Shown in pieces: positions 12,399 through 26,092 of a DNA stretch of 63,863 nucleotides. Position 1 is the stretch's first letter. Each line of letters opens with the position of its first letter. Position numbers and translations under genes: made by a program. The stretch is from Carcharhinus longimanus. Its lineage: Eukaryota. The notes under the pieces were generated by a model, which searched no databases, had not been told where the DNA came from, and was given only the letters and a program-made list of their open reading frames with translations. The DNA lies in NCBI GenBank assembly GCA_030264375.1, contig JASCQW010000154.1, forward strand, positions 4,107,011-4,170,873, in the 5' to 3' direction.

Positions 12399-12514
12399 TA
12401 TCAAACATCATACACTTCGATTCATTGGGAAATTATATGTAAGAGTAGAAATTGTTCTCTCAACTTCTCAACTAACAAAGTAGAGTTAGCTAATATGTTG
12501 TGGGCTATCTGCGA

Positions 12515-12610
12515 AACGATTGGTTAAAGTTTTCATGAGGCCGACAAAGCGACAATAAAACGTAAATCAATCCGCAATGGGGGTTAAACAATTAACAGCG
12601 CCCCCGTATT
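12515..12610 (-). promoter_or_regulatory. Putative HoxB9 proximal promoter elements
   Basis: CCAAT box (minus, about 12519-12523), Pbx-Hox composite TGATTTACG (12569-12561) abutting a Cdx-type TTTTATTG (12560-12553). Confidence 0.5.
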
Positions 12611-15600
12611 AACTTCTTTTAGAGGAGAAATGGGGATTACACAACGAACAGTATTATACATATATATAGATTGTGCAACTATCCTTAACAATATAAAATG
12701 CGATTAACTTTAAAAGACAATCTTTTAAGGGACTATTTTGCTTCCTAATTAATCTTATCTCGTGTGACAAATTCTCACACCGGTCTCATAATCGCCAGTC
12801 TTATTGTTGCTGTTATTTGCTTAAACCTATAACATAAGAAGTGTTAAATGCAATCATTGTAGCAGATAATTCTTGTGGTATTTGTGTTTGATGGGTAGAA
12901 GAAACTGGTGAGGTTGGCGGTTTGGAACGCCCCAGATTTCCTTAACAATATTAGCTGGAGGTTTTCGTCCTATTGAAAGAAATATGTGTGCGTTCTCTGA
13001 GTAACAACTATAGACATTGGATTGGTGTGAAAATGTGCTTCACAAACCATGAGAAACCTTTCCGCCACATTTTCTTCAAATTTTAATTTGGACAAAAGTC
13101 CGCAATTAAGCAAGATTAGAACCAATTGGATTTAAGATAGTCTCTCGTTCCAGGTCCTGTATTTTCAACCAAGTATTTTAGTCCCCATTGTGATCTTTCA
13201 ATGCTCGCAGTTATACTAAAGACACGCTATCTATTATTCTGTATTATCTCGCTGCGTGACTTTAAATTACCCACGAAGGTGAACGGCAAGCCGATATTTA
13301 AGCAATATTGAACTCCGGTGAATGAGTGAATAATTCCAATGTATTAAAATTCTCCATGAATAGTTACAGGTTAAAGTTACGGTAAAGCCACGTCTTCCCT
13401 TGTTATCGTTTCCATTTGTTTTAGGAGACGCCATTTCCATTAGAATAAGTAGGAAAGGTACTTGTATTTGTGTCGTGGAGCTAGGGTGAAACTGTTAATG
13501 GAAGTTCTAAGATCACTTTCGACTAGTGAAATGAGCAAATACCGAAAAAGTCACTGAGTAGTGGGGGATTTATTTGGGGAGAAAATCGTTCCGATACCCA
13601 ACTTACAAAACCACTTTCTTGATGCAACTCATTAATGAAAACTAATAATATTTAACTTTGCATTTAACAAATTCATTTAGAAGGTTGAATGAAAAGAGTT
13701 TGATTGACATAATTGAGCTGACGCAAAGAAGTTGGGTTTGAAGAGACTTGGATATTCGTCAAACCGCAGAATGAGCAATGGCGGAAGCAAAAAGAACAAA
13801 CACAAGTGGTGAATGGCTCATATGCAGTTTTAAAGTACATTTTTCATAGAATCAATTTTGTCAACGTTTTAGTTAATAAAATTGCTGATGAAAAACAATT
13901 CATTCAAGGAAGAAATTAGTTTAGGACAAAAATAGATGTTCGTTTCTTGGGATTCATGATGATACGACTAATCTTTCAGTTTTAATTTTTGGATTGTTAT
14001 GGTGCTTGGCAGTGGACTCGTTACAACAGTGGTCTCTATTAGGCTAGCATTAGGGAGGGTAAAGACATTGAGTAAATCATAGGTTGAGGTCAACATCTGA
14101 TTATTCGTTAATGTGAAGATATCCTGAATCTCCAGAAGGATCCTTTCGTTGTTAAAATATTTTTCAATATTTGCAAGAAGTTGGCTAAGCTATAAGCCTC
14201 TATCATGTGAGTACCATTGAGAATATCCAAATATTAGAACAAACCAATGTAAAACTTAATCAATGCGCTTAAACTGGTTGTTTGCATCATGTGAGATGTA
14301 TTTTACAGAATGTACATACTTGTTTTGTATTTTGATTTGACTTGTTGGGGCTGGTATTGTATTAAATTGAAAACAACTACCGTAATCTCTTAAGTGCATT
14401 TTCATTCAAAAAGTTCATTCCGCCTCTTTAATGATATCAAAAGTTTAGGATAAACGAGACTAAAATTAATTTGGGTCTATTTTACACTTCAAAACTGCAT
14501 TTTCTATTCTTAAAATTAGTTAGATGCTGAGAGTTATGTTTCTACTTAGCGTGAATAGTATCCAGTCTAAATAGTTTAGGGAGAGTATTTCAACGGGAGA
14601 ATGTTGCAGTATAGGACCAGCAAGACTTGCAGGTCGAGTCCGAAAATTGGCATTAAATGGATGTTTTAGTCAGCAATTTATCTGCATATGTTGGTGATTG
14701 CTGTATATGTTGTCAAACATTGCGGGTTCGAGCTGCGATTATTCAACAGCTTCGTTTGAAATGCATTTATAGATACTTATTCTACTTATTCTGAACTCAA
14801 TTTCAAAATATCACAAATATGTATTTTCTAAAGTGTGAACTACCAGAAAATTAACTCATCATTTCATACATCAAATAAATCTAAATAAATTATTTTATCT
14901 GTTTGCTCAAAGTATGCCAAGGTTATCCCCTTATTTTCTGCTGAGGACGACCACTCTGCTGTGCAAATTACTGCACAGAGACACTCGCCTGTTTTTTAAC
15001 TCAGTATTATAAGGGACAAGCTGACACTAGTATCATCCTTGTTCTTTCCCGTTGAGAATGAAATTCTGGATATCAAATAGACTTTTGCAATCTACTTCCT
15101 TTATAATTAAAACTTGTCTTAAACGTACAAGCCGCAGTTTATATGAAGTGTTGAATAACATAGTATCACGTTAAATCAAGTAAAAATATGCACTCTCAAT
15201 CAGTTAGTAACAAGGAATAATTCTGTATTAGTAAGTGGATTAAGAGAGATGTTTTTAAATTTAGAAGCAATATATCTATTTAGGATAGAAACAAACCTTA
15301 ACCTGGGCAACAATGATTGGGAACAGCATTCTAACAATAATATATAAAAGGATAAATGAGCATATTGGTCCATTTCCAGTATAATTTCTGTCACAATAAC
15401 ATATTTGTATGTTCTTTGAGGCAAATTGTTTGGCTTTTCGTGTAAATTGTGACTTCACGTATTATATTTTGAACGCCCTTTTAAAACCACAGATTCGGGT
15501 CTCTGACACCCAAAAATGGAATGTCTTCAAACAACAGCAATTGACATTTTGAGTAGGGAAAGACCCGTCGTTCGAAGTCGCTGCAGGCCATTTCGGTGCA

Positions 15601-17104
15601 AATACTAGATTTAGGTTTAAAGAATGCAATTCAGCTTCGGCCAAACTATACAAGAATTGGGAACCCTTGCTCTTGCGTCCACAGCACTTGTGCAACCCTA
15701 CCAACTTGAGTCGTATCAAAGCAGTTATAAACGCTCCAAAATATTTAACAGCTAAGGATTATTTGTGGCATTCTGCCCTTTAGCTCAATTCATAATATAT
15801 TGGATGTATGCAAGTAAGTAAAAAAAAACCAAATACCATCACATTAAATTGTATACTGCAGATGGTGAAAAATGACAATCAGCTACAGTCTGTAATTGGA
15901 ACGTTCTCTATAATCAAATTGCTGTTAAAATGTGAATTCATGGTTTTCCTTTTTCCTTTGATGAGGTTCTATTCTACAAATCACTCGGCAGGCTCAGTGA
16001 CCACTGTGCATGTATCTCTGCATGTGTTTTAAACAGTAGCTGATACTTAATTTTCAGTTTCCAAACTGACAGTGAAAATGAACGAATTGAAGAACATCTG
16101 CGCAAACCCCCTGAAGTTATACCTTCATACATAAACCAAAAAAAAATAGACGAAGGCAACATTAAAGCCTAATTGGAACCTAGTCTTATGCCTTTCTGCA
16201 ATTGGATGCCTCCTGTGAGATATTGGCAGATGTGGCTCACTGCAGCAATATGGATCCGGCCTCTTTCATTTAATGTAAAGTAACGTTGTGATAAACTGAG
16301 GATCCATCGTGAATGATTGAGTAATATTTAAATTATCATTTATGACTGAACACACTGCATTATAACTAAACAAAGTCATGCCATTACAACAAAGCTGCAA
16401 ACCCCAATAACTTGACACAGTGGAACTGTAAAGCCCTCTGACCCGCCAGTGTACAACATTTGTTTCCATGTCACCATATTCTGTGTGTTCAAATATACAC
16501 GAAAACTAAATTAAGATGGTAGAGAAATGAATCGTGCTGCTTTTCTGCTCATTTTCAACCTTCCTTGGTGTATTTTCAATTTGCCTGTTTTTAAAACATA
16601 AAGTGACTCCTTTAATGCACATAGGCAGTGCAGATATCAGCGGTGACTTAACCTGATAAAACATTTCACACAACTGCGCAATCTACCTCAATCCACCTAT
16701 GGTGTTGTTAACCTATATATCTACCCATTTATTATACCTACGCAGTAATTTCTAAAGAATAGAAAATTGGATCCAGCTAGTTATGTTTGCAACTACAATA
16801 CAATTCCAAAAGTATACGTTTACAACTAGAAACATATTCACAATTTGCGTTATTTAAAACTTTACTACACTATCCATGCACATGAATAGTTACTTTAGAT
16901 CTATCCGCATATCGGGCAGATGGCTAATTAAATAGGTGAATACTTCAGATAATCTGCAATAACAGTCCGCTCCAGGCATTATTAGTGGGACCATCTTCCA
17001 TATATTTATAATACATAAAATGTTTTGTCACAGAAACCATTCCTTCGGGTAGNNNNNNNNNAGAAATTCTTGTTAACTAATATCCATAAGTTTGCGATGA
17101 CAAT

Positions 17105-17188
17105 AACTGGAGTAATTCAGGCAGTTTCTTGTCACTGCGATCAAACAGAATCCCAACAACATGAAACTACCTAAGTCACACAACAGTT
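17105..17188 (-). ncRNA. mir196: microRNA miR-196 precursor; mature 5p arm at 17173-17152
   Basis: Exact mature miR-196a sequence TAGGTAGTTTCATGTTGTTGGG. Complementary 3p arm CAGTGACAAGAAACTGCCTGA (17137-17117) and basal stem AACTG/CAGTT. Canonical position between Hox9 and Hox10 on the Hox strand. Confidence 0.97.
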
Positions 17189-20100
17189 CCATTTCACTTG
17201 CACCATAGATTGGTTCTAACGAGTTGAGTTCAATTCGTCATTAAAATGAAGACCATCATTGTGAATTATGTATTTTGCTACACATTATTATTTAAGAATT
17301 CATTAATTAATAAAAAAGGTCTCACATTTACAAGAAAGGAAAGGAAGGGAAACTATTTAGAAATTGCACAGTTGTAGGCGGCTTCTTCATTGTAACCATC
17401 TCTATTTAATTATTCTAGCAGGAGCAGATCACCCCATTTTGGCCATACTTCGGTAGTATTTAGCGTGCAAATAGACATGTAAGAAACTGAAACAATTGGC
17501 GTTACTATACTGAATCAATACCATGTTAAAGAATCAAAGACTTCACTTCCTAACACAGTCGGCTGACTGCTGCAACAACAAAATTCACCAGATCCAAACA
17601 TTCAATTTTCTACAAAGCCCATATGGCTGAAACCGGCCTTAAAGGGTCGCTGGGAAAACGACGTTAACGTGACAACAATGCCCTACCATTCTCATCATGT
17701 TTTCCAAAGTCTTGAAAACAAATTTGGACAAGTTAGCGAGTTTCCACTTGGAGTTTGTCAAGGAAAGTAAAGTGCGACCATTTCCTGATCTCAAAGCTAT
17801 GCTGTGCAGAATGCCGCTCGGAGCCAAACTGCCCAAGTCCAACAAGTCCTACATGACAGCAAATTGCCAAACATATTTATAAGCCATAAAACTTTACAAA
17901 AGCGGACGTGGTCGTCCTTGGAGCATCGTCAGTGCCCACAGTCAGTTACAACCGTCTGGATGGTATTTAAATCACCGACACCGGATACCAAATAAATTTC
18001 AAACTGCAGGGTTTTCTTTAGGGATGGAAGCATCGGAATTCCCTGTCCTTTTTTTCTCAACCATCAACNNNNNNNNNNNNNNNNNNNTCACGGGTTCACA
18101 ATCAGCCAACCAACGTCCATGATATATTCGAGCCAGACTTGATGAAAGAGCCACTAAAGAGCAAATGGCCACAACAAAACTTAACAGGCTTTTAGACATT
18201 AAAAAATAAAGAATTATAGAAATGCCAAACACAATTTTATTGTTATTTTTATGTCTGCATTTTAATATTAGTCTGTGATCAGGTCCAGAAATAATGCAAT
18301 CAATTTAAGTCGTGAAATATACAGGACATGCTATTCAAAAAAAATACTTTCAACACTTACTTTACACCATGAAGGTAAAATATTTATTTTAACAGTTATT
18401 TCTGAATGGTCCCCAAATATTAACAGTTTCTTTCCTGGCCCTCTCCTACAAACGAATTGTGCGGAGTTCAATGTGCACAGCAGTAGACATCAGGTAATGG
18501 AAAGAACCTTAAAGTCTTTGGTATAGCAAGTTTCCTTATATGTTTTAAAAATAAATATTACATCTTATCTGCCATTACACATTTGTCAATCTGAAAATCT
18601 CTACCTAAAAAAGACATATGCCAAACTAATTGAGAGGACAGAGTATCATAGTTTGTCGGTTTGATGAACATTTGAGAGATACATTATTCTTAAGCACAAA
18701 CACATTTTAATTGTAGTGTATAATCTCCAGTAAGATTGTAGTTCACTGCAAGAATGATAATCGACACTCATAATAAGTTTGAAGTTGAATTTTAACAGTT
18801 TGCTGTATATTCACATCATTTACGCAACAGAAGTTCAAATCAACAACTATTAATCTTCCCCAGATCAGTGACTGACGAAGCAATTGCCAGGGATTTTATC
18901 TATTTCAGTTTTCTGATGTATTTAAGCTGCAATTTGTACTGTGAGTTCATGTTAATTTATTGGTTTTTCACATTCCATTCACATTTCGATGGGAAGCTTT
19001 ACGTCACATCTCCAGTGTGGAACAGAATCAGAAATTAAACCATGAAATTAGGACTAAATCTTGTTAAACAGGTTGGTGTCCAATTACACCCCACTAAAAA
19101 TTAGATCAATGGAAGTTTTCAGTAATAAAATTGAACTAGTAGCTAACAGGAATCTATGCCTTTTCAAGGGATATGCGCCAGGTGTGGAGGCCAACTCATG
19201 AATATTTCAGTCATTTGACGTTAGTCAAAGGGGCACAAAAGCTGTATAAGCATCTGCCTTCTCATAACAATTGTAATAAGATCATTAAAAAGTGTTCTAT
19301 CTTGATTTTTGTTTCTTAGTTTTAAAAGCCTCTGTTAATTAATTTGTATCCAATTGATGTTTTATGTCTTCTGCAAATCCTTATGTAAATCAAGCCTTCA
19401 GTTATGAGATGCTGTTTTAAGCCGAGTGAACGGTAAAATATGTTGTTAATCTGCAATACACTGAATGCACTCCTAAATAATTTATCGTTAACATTTTAAG
19501 ACGTTTCGGTATGAAATACGCTGGACAATGCAAGGATTAGTATCATAATCGCTATGAAGCCCACGTGCAATATTCATAGTTTGGATATTTTCATGTACTG
19601 CTGTGTCTGTGTATTGATAAAGAACAATAAAGTTAATTTTGGAATCCTTCGAAACATTTTAATAATAAAACTAATACTCGATATTAAATTGGTGAATTTA
19701 TCTACTGAATGTACATAACAGCAACGAAAACAATTGTACATTATTTGTTATTATTGTTGCAATGCCCATTCAATAACCTATATAAATAACAGTTCTTGCA
19801 TACTAAAAAGCACGAAGGATTCATGATAGGCCGACCATCTCTGGAAATGGATTTTCACATTTATACCTTCTCATTACTTTAAGAAACAGCTTTGTTTTAA
19901 GATGAATCATAATGCATATATCCGTGAGTATGTAGTAATTCAAAATGTACCATTTGGTAGACGAGGATTTCCCATAATTATCGACCTCTAATTGCTTCAA
20001 TATGCCTGCCTATTTTGAGGTTAGTTTCAAACAATAACAAGCGCTTCACTCTTGTGCGTGAAGTATGCATACGCAGATGGCGTAGTATATATATAATAGG

Positions 20101-20626
20101 TGTCGATTTTTCTGGTGACCCCTCAATAAGAGGAAGTGGCTGGCAGACGTTAAAATGATTACTTTTGTAAGCATAAAACATAAATGTGGTATTAACTATA
20201 CATCGATTAAATCCAAGAAAAGGACCAAATGGATAAAGCAAGTCAGGTTTTATTGCATTTGTGGAACATTCTTTCAGCTCCTTTCCTCATAGTAAAGCGA
20301 TAGGATATTAAATTATCTGATGGCAATTAATGAGCTTGCCCAATAAACGAGTCTTCAGATTGTTCCGTTTCAACAGCGAACCAGTAANNNNNNNNNNACT
20401 TTTTGTTATGTTCAGTTATTTTGAACTTGCAAGTCCTTCATCCGGCTATGTCCCTTCTCCTTTGCTGGCTTAATGTTGTTCTAGCGACTAGACTTCTGAA
20501 CTTGCAACCTCTCCCCCTCCCCCAACCCCATTAATATTGTTGTAACACAGCAACCACTTCAACGAGACGCTTTATTTCGTCCACCGTCTCGTATATGTTT
20601 GATTTTGCAAAACACCAATTCTTTCA

Positions 20627-20898
20627 TCAGATGGGGAACGTTGCCGATATTTCTCGAACTCTGTGCTCTCTGCTCATCTTTTTTAGTTTCATTCTTCGGT
20701 TTTGAAACCAGATTTTGACTTGTCTGTCGGTTAGATTGACGCTCCGGCTGATCTCCAGGCGGCGCTCTCGAGTTAAATACATGTTAAAGAGGAATTCCTT
20801 TTCTAATTCCAGTGTCTGTTGCTTGGTGTACGGGCAGCGCTTCTTCCTTCCGCCCTTCGCCGTCAGCCAGTTTATCGTATTCTCAGCCTTTGCACTCT
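20627..20898 (-). CDS. hoxb10: Homeobox protein Hox-B10, coding exon 2 (homeodomain)
   Basis: Acceptor TTGACAG|AG. Reads [90 protein letters not shown], a paralog-group-10 signature. Assigned to cluster B by synteny with HoxB8 and HoxB9. Confidence 0.93.
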
Positions 20899-22481
20899 CT
20901 GTCAATCGGGAAAAACAAATTGTCAAACGACCTGCAGAATAAAATGGATTCTGTTCTTCCTCCCTTTCTTTTATCACCAACGAGACCAGGGGTTGCAATA
21001 AAGGTATCCCAATTGAGAGCGGGGAGGGGTAAGGCTGTCGGCACATAGTCAACGAGTTCATATTTTATCCTGATTCTCATTAGCACATGTTGTTTCAGAC
21101 CGCAGCATTACCTGTTCTAATGTAACTTCAAATCGTATCAAAATAAGAATTTCACCAACTTTTCTTAAACAGGAATCGGGAACTTGGGTAAATAGCTACA
21201 ATGAAGGCCTAAGGTTTGATATAATACAGGTTGCACTAGTATTCGATTGCTAACGAGATTGAAATGGAAAATGATGGAATAAGACATGACAAACAATACA
21301 TAGCACTCCTTTCCCTTACAAAAAAAGTCCCAAAAATTAATTGCGAACATATTGTTGAGTTGAAAATACAGCTAAATATTAGCTTGACCATGGCAGACCA
21401 TACGTCTCAAGTTCCAATTAATAATACCAATTTTTGAAAATAGACAAATTTAATTTCTGGGTTATCTCAGAGCATTTAAACGCCTATTAACTTTCCTGAA
21501 CTAATGTTTAAACCAGGCGACCTTATTAACGCTTGTCTTAGAACAGAACGGTTGCATTGCAAAATAGCCTTTAGACCTTACAATTTCGCCTTTAAGCTGG
21601 ATTTTCACTTGATTATGGCTTGTGTAAGTGAGGGGAAGAGATCATTCTCGGAAAGGCGACGGGAAAGCACAAACATAGGGACAGATGTTTTCAACAGAAA
21701 GTCAGATGAAGTTTCTCCAAGCTTTTAATTTTGCATTATTTGCTGAAAATCTTACATCCCTTTGATTAATTTTAATGCAAAAGTTGACATTTTTAATGAT
21801 GTAATACGCCATTCACAAGTTTTGCGATGAAATGTTTTATGTTGAACTGTTTCTACATAATCTTTTAGATTAATTCACAGTTTTAGTTTTTAAATGTAAC
21901 ATGATCTCTGGGGTAACCTTACTGTATAAAAGACAGATATTGTCGATGCCACGAATATTGTTGTATTTGAATTGAAATTGTATGAGCTAATCCAATATTA
22001 AGAAAAAGCTCAATGTTTCCAAATTGTAAATACAAATCTACGTTTATCAACATCTTTAGAGTTTGCATTGATAAAGCACAAGCTATTTGAGCTTCTAGAA
22101 AACGACAGTGTGTTTTAATGAAATGCTATACTTAAAATATGAGTGGACATAAAGGCGATAAACCACTAAATAGATAGTTTTCAGGATCAGAAAACATGTT
22201 ACGCCCACACAGCAGACACGTTTTTGACTTTGTTGAAAGGGTTTAAAACAATGGGACACAGGAAATGGTTTATCCGTTCAGTTACTAGATGCATAAACTT
22301 GCCAAACTAATAATCTCCTAAAGAAGGGATCGATATAGGTTAAATTTTCGGCTCATGCAAAAAGCAGCGGATGTGATGCAGGGGATAGTTCCTTACCAGC
22401 CAAATTTCATTCAGCTTCAAAGGAGAAATACAAGAAAAAAATCTGAGTTTCAGTTCAAAGATGTTATAAATGAAATATATG

Positions 22482-22680
22482 TAGAAAAAGCTGCAAACAA
22501 CTCAATAGGTCTGGCAGCATCAGTGGAGGGAGAACATTTCAGGTCGTGACCATGCATCAGAATGACCTGAAATCATAACTCGTTCTCGCTCCCTCCATAG
22601 ATGCTGCAAAGCCTGCTGTGTATTTTCAGCATTTTCAGTTTTTCTTTGAGATTTTCATCATTCACTGTATATTGCTTTTG
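22482..22680. mobile_element. Short foldback element (family A, Penelope-like derivative) in the HoxB10 intron
   Basis: About 50-bp imperfect inverted arms (22483-22532 vs 22589-22638) plus inner ATTTCAGGTC/GACCTGAAAT inversion. Similar to copies at 57.0, 57.9, 58.9 and 63.3 kb. Confidence 0.7.
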
Positions 22681-22739
22681 ACCCACACATGAATATTGAT
22701 TGGCCAGACTCTTGCTTAGGCCTCAGGGTAGTATTTTAT

Positions 22740-22819
22740 ATCTTATTGAATGGCGGGGCAGGCTCGAAGGGCTAGATGGCCTACTCCTGCTCCTATTTCT
22801 TATGTTCGTATGTTCTTAT
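22740..22819 (+). mobile_element. 3' terminal fragment of a CR1-type LINE
   Basis: ...GAATGGCGGGGCAGGCTCGAAGGGCTAGATGGCCTACTCCTGCTCCTATT followed by a (TTCTTATG)n tail. An inverted near-copy lies at 44306-44375. Confidence 0.8.
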
Positions 22820-23740
22820 ACTCCGCATCCAATCGTAATTCCCCAGTATTAAACTCATTTGCACATGACCTTCCTTTTCTTAAACATTATTTACTACCAG
22901 AAACTTGTATTTAACAATTCGCAAATTTTAACAACCGGGTTCACATTAGGAAAGTTGCTGGTGCCTGCTTTGACCATCCAGTAGGAATCCATTTATATGC
23001 ATTAACAGAGGATTTTTTTTCCCCTTTTGAACTGCGTCTACCAAATGTTCTGAAAGGTCCAAAATGCAAAGAACTATATGATAATCAGTGTGAAATCACG
23101 TTAGACTTCTCCAAATAGTTTTCTTTTCTAGATGTTGCATGTCAATTTGTTGTTTCTTGTGCTATGGGTGAAAGTTACATCACGTGCTACATTTTCTGTT
23201 TAAATGCTGTATCCTGTTGGGGTGGCTCCCGAGATGAAGATAGAAGCTGTATTCTGTGAATAGACCTGAACGCATTTAAAATGTGGATAATGATTCAACA
23301 AGATTAAAGTGACCGGAACAGCAAGGGCTTGGAAAGAAATACGGCTTTACAGAGCCCGGGGTTCAGTTAAATATTACAATGCAAATTTATATTATGTTAT
23401 AAGCAAACAGCTAATTATTCACTCATGAAAGTATGTTAGTAGCTTGCTATAAAGCTTTATTGTACAGCAAATTGTGTGGCTGAATCCTGCTATCGGGTTT
23501 ATGAAATAACCGTCCTTATTATTTTATAACAGCAAGTTAATTATTATTAGAAACTGTGTGGAAATTAACCAAGCACTGTGAATGACAATAAGCTTTTCCG
23601 TTTAACTTTCACTTTGTTACGTACAAGTTCAATTTTAAAAAGAGTTAAAATTTCAAGTCAATATAAGGCCTCCATCTTTATTAGCTACTTTGTCACGTCA
23701 TTAGTTCTTTGTGTGAAGCTGACGTTACTTCAATGCAGCA

Positions 23741-23751
23741 AAGATGGCGGC
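23741..23751 (+). promoter_or_regulatory. YY1-like site in the HoxB10 intron
   Basis: AAGATGGCGGC matches the long YY1 consensus. Confidence 0.4.
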
Positions 23752-26092
23752 AGCGTTGTTGTAATAGCGTGTAGTTTTCTCTTAAGAGGTTTTTGACATC
23801 TGTTAAGAATGGAAATTCCATGAAAGTCAAATAACCTGAAACTAGGTACACCAGCTAAGCTGGTGCAATAGATAAAATACAGGGATTATATGTTGCAAAA
23901 AATTAAATAAATCGGAATTGCTCAATTATATTGCACCACACAAGAAATAAAAGTCAACGAGGACTGAATGTTTTCTTTGAGATCAACTAACTGATGAAAA
24001 GAAATCAGGAGATCCCCACAGCTGCAGAAAAAATATATCAGTAAATTGTAACAGTCCCCAATCAAGTCTAGTTGTTAGGTTGAACAAAACTTTCCCAATT
24101 CAGAATCACCCAGTCTGTGGTTTGAGTGCTCACTGCTGATTTCGTCTAGTTCAATGAATGCACTATTGCGCCCATGCACAGTTCAAGACGTGACAAGAAT
24201 GAAATACAGGATTCTCTCCCCTTAATTGGGAGATAATTTAACTTCGGAGGTGCTCTATGGGTATTCACTGGGCCAAGGGGGCACCTACGACTATTTACTA
24301 TACTTTGACTCAAATTCTAAGTTTAACGTGTGCTTAACATGTCTCACATTTGCATAACAATAAACGCATTTGTATACCCCATTGTTACTTGATGCTTAGC
24401 ACAGTTTCCTCGTTTGTGTCATTTGATTGTGTGGGTAAACACTCAATAAAACCAATGTTTGCTAAAAAGAGCCCCTTTCAGTTCACCATTTATGTTTAGA
24501 TCTCAACAATATACAAAACAGACACAAAGCGGGAACCAGCCACTTGAACTGTTAGGGATTGCAAAGTTTTTACGAAGAGTTTGCCGACTTTTTCGTAACT
24601 GAAGAGTCGTTGCTTTGCAATGTTTCATTATTTAATGTGTCTGAGAGGAGGTGAAGGAAATCCGTTATGGTAGACCCACGTTAATTATAACTTCCTCCCA
24701 GTTATTACATCCTGGTGTTTATCCACATTTTTTTCTGCGGAGTGTTTCAGCGTTGGGAGGTGGAAGGGTTAGAGATTATAGTTACTTCCTCTGAAAAGTT
24801 TCCTCTGAAGATGCAGAAATGTGTCTTATTGATTACCTCAGAAAGAATCAGCCAATTACTATTTTGATACTCATTTCATTTCTCATGTGTTAGAATCAGA
24901 TCAGAGCCATTGGAATCATAGATACCTGCCAGAGAATAGTATTTAGAGTGCCTTGGATTACAAATTAGCATGTCCGTTCAATTTGTTTGCCCCTGTGGTT
25001 CTTTTATTTCTAACTTACTGAGCAGCAAGTTCCCATATATTACCGCAATACCTCTGCAGCCCTGTGTGATGTAATTTCTCTTAGGCGCCATAATCTAGCT
25101 CCATGGTAACAAATAGGGCTGAAGTAGACATCACGCAGGGCCACCTAGCTCATTTTATTTATATTCGGAACTTAGAATTTAGAATTCCATTTGTAGATTG
25201 TTTTTATACACGAATCTGTCGCTCGGATACTTGCTTGGCAACTGTCAGACTCAAATTCAATATATCAACACTCACAATTACTTATTTTAAACATCGCTGG
25301 TTGCCAATGCAGTGTTTGCATCAAAACTTTAAACTCGAATATTTGTTTGTGTATTTGTTTAAAATAATATTCATCAGTACATGTGTACGTTTTTATAAAT
25401 GCCTACACCAACTAACAATCCCAGCAATGTTACACACATAAATACACACATTGCTGCATATGCTGAGGTAACTATACGAACGGGTAGATTATTAATTATC
25501 CGATCAGTTCAATCAGTTCACCTCTGTGTATACGTGCATTATATACATCTGCAGCCATATAGATAGACGCATTTAACGGAATTATATTATGATACATATG
25601 CATGTTGTGAACATTTACCTGTGCATATAATTATTTATGTTCATAAAATCATTTAGCTATATAAGTATATACCTGCATTTACATAATGTTTTACCTTTGT
25701 AATGCAACCTTTGTACTTGATCTAACTGCAGAATTCTTCTTAAGCATGTCGTGCTTTTGATAATGCTCATTGTTTTTGCCTAGGTGAGTTGTTTGTATTG
25801 GGGACTTTTGCAGCGATTTCCACTGCAACTAAGGAGTGGCCTTCAGGAGAGGAACAGTCCGCTGTTTTGATCTTTAAAAGGGCACTTAAACGTAATTTAC
25901 TCTGCCGTAAGGGGCCAGTCCTATAAACTACTCAAGGTATTAATTTGTACTGAGGGATCATTGTGCTGGGGACAAAAAGGCTCCTTTATGACCTAAATAA
26001 AGTCACCTTGCTGCGGATGAAATTGCGGTATATGCTCCTTTTCCGACTGCCCTGTAAATGTTTCTCTTCCTTTCGTTCATGGTTTTACCCAC

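Noticed and set aside
12399-12404. N-terminal extension of HoxB9 given by the ORF track
   Set aside because: It starts at TTG. The conserved MSISG start is the ATG at 12398.
20899-21061. 5' part of the 144-aa ORF as HoxB10 coding sequence
   Set aside because: It lies upstream of the acceptor at 20899 and is intronic read-through with no Hox similarity.
24270-24285. Weak CTCF-like motifs (also about 12596-12610 and 27095-27110)
   Set aside because: Only the GGGGGC half matches, which is insufficient without a PWM score or ChIP data.
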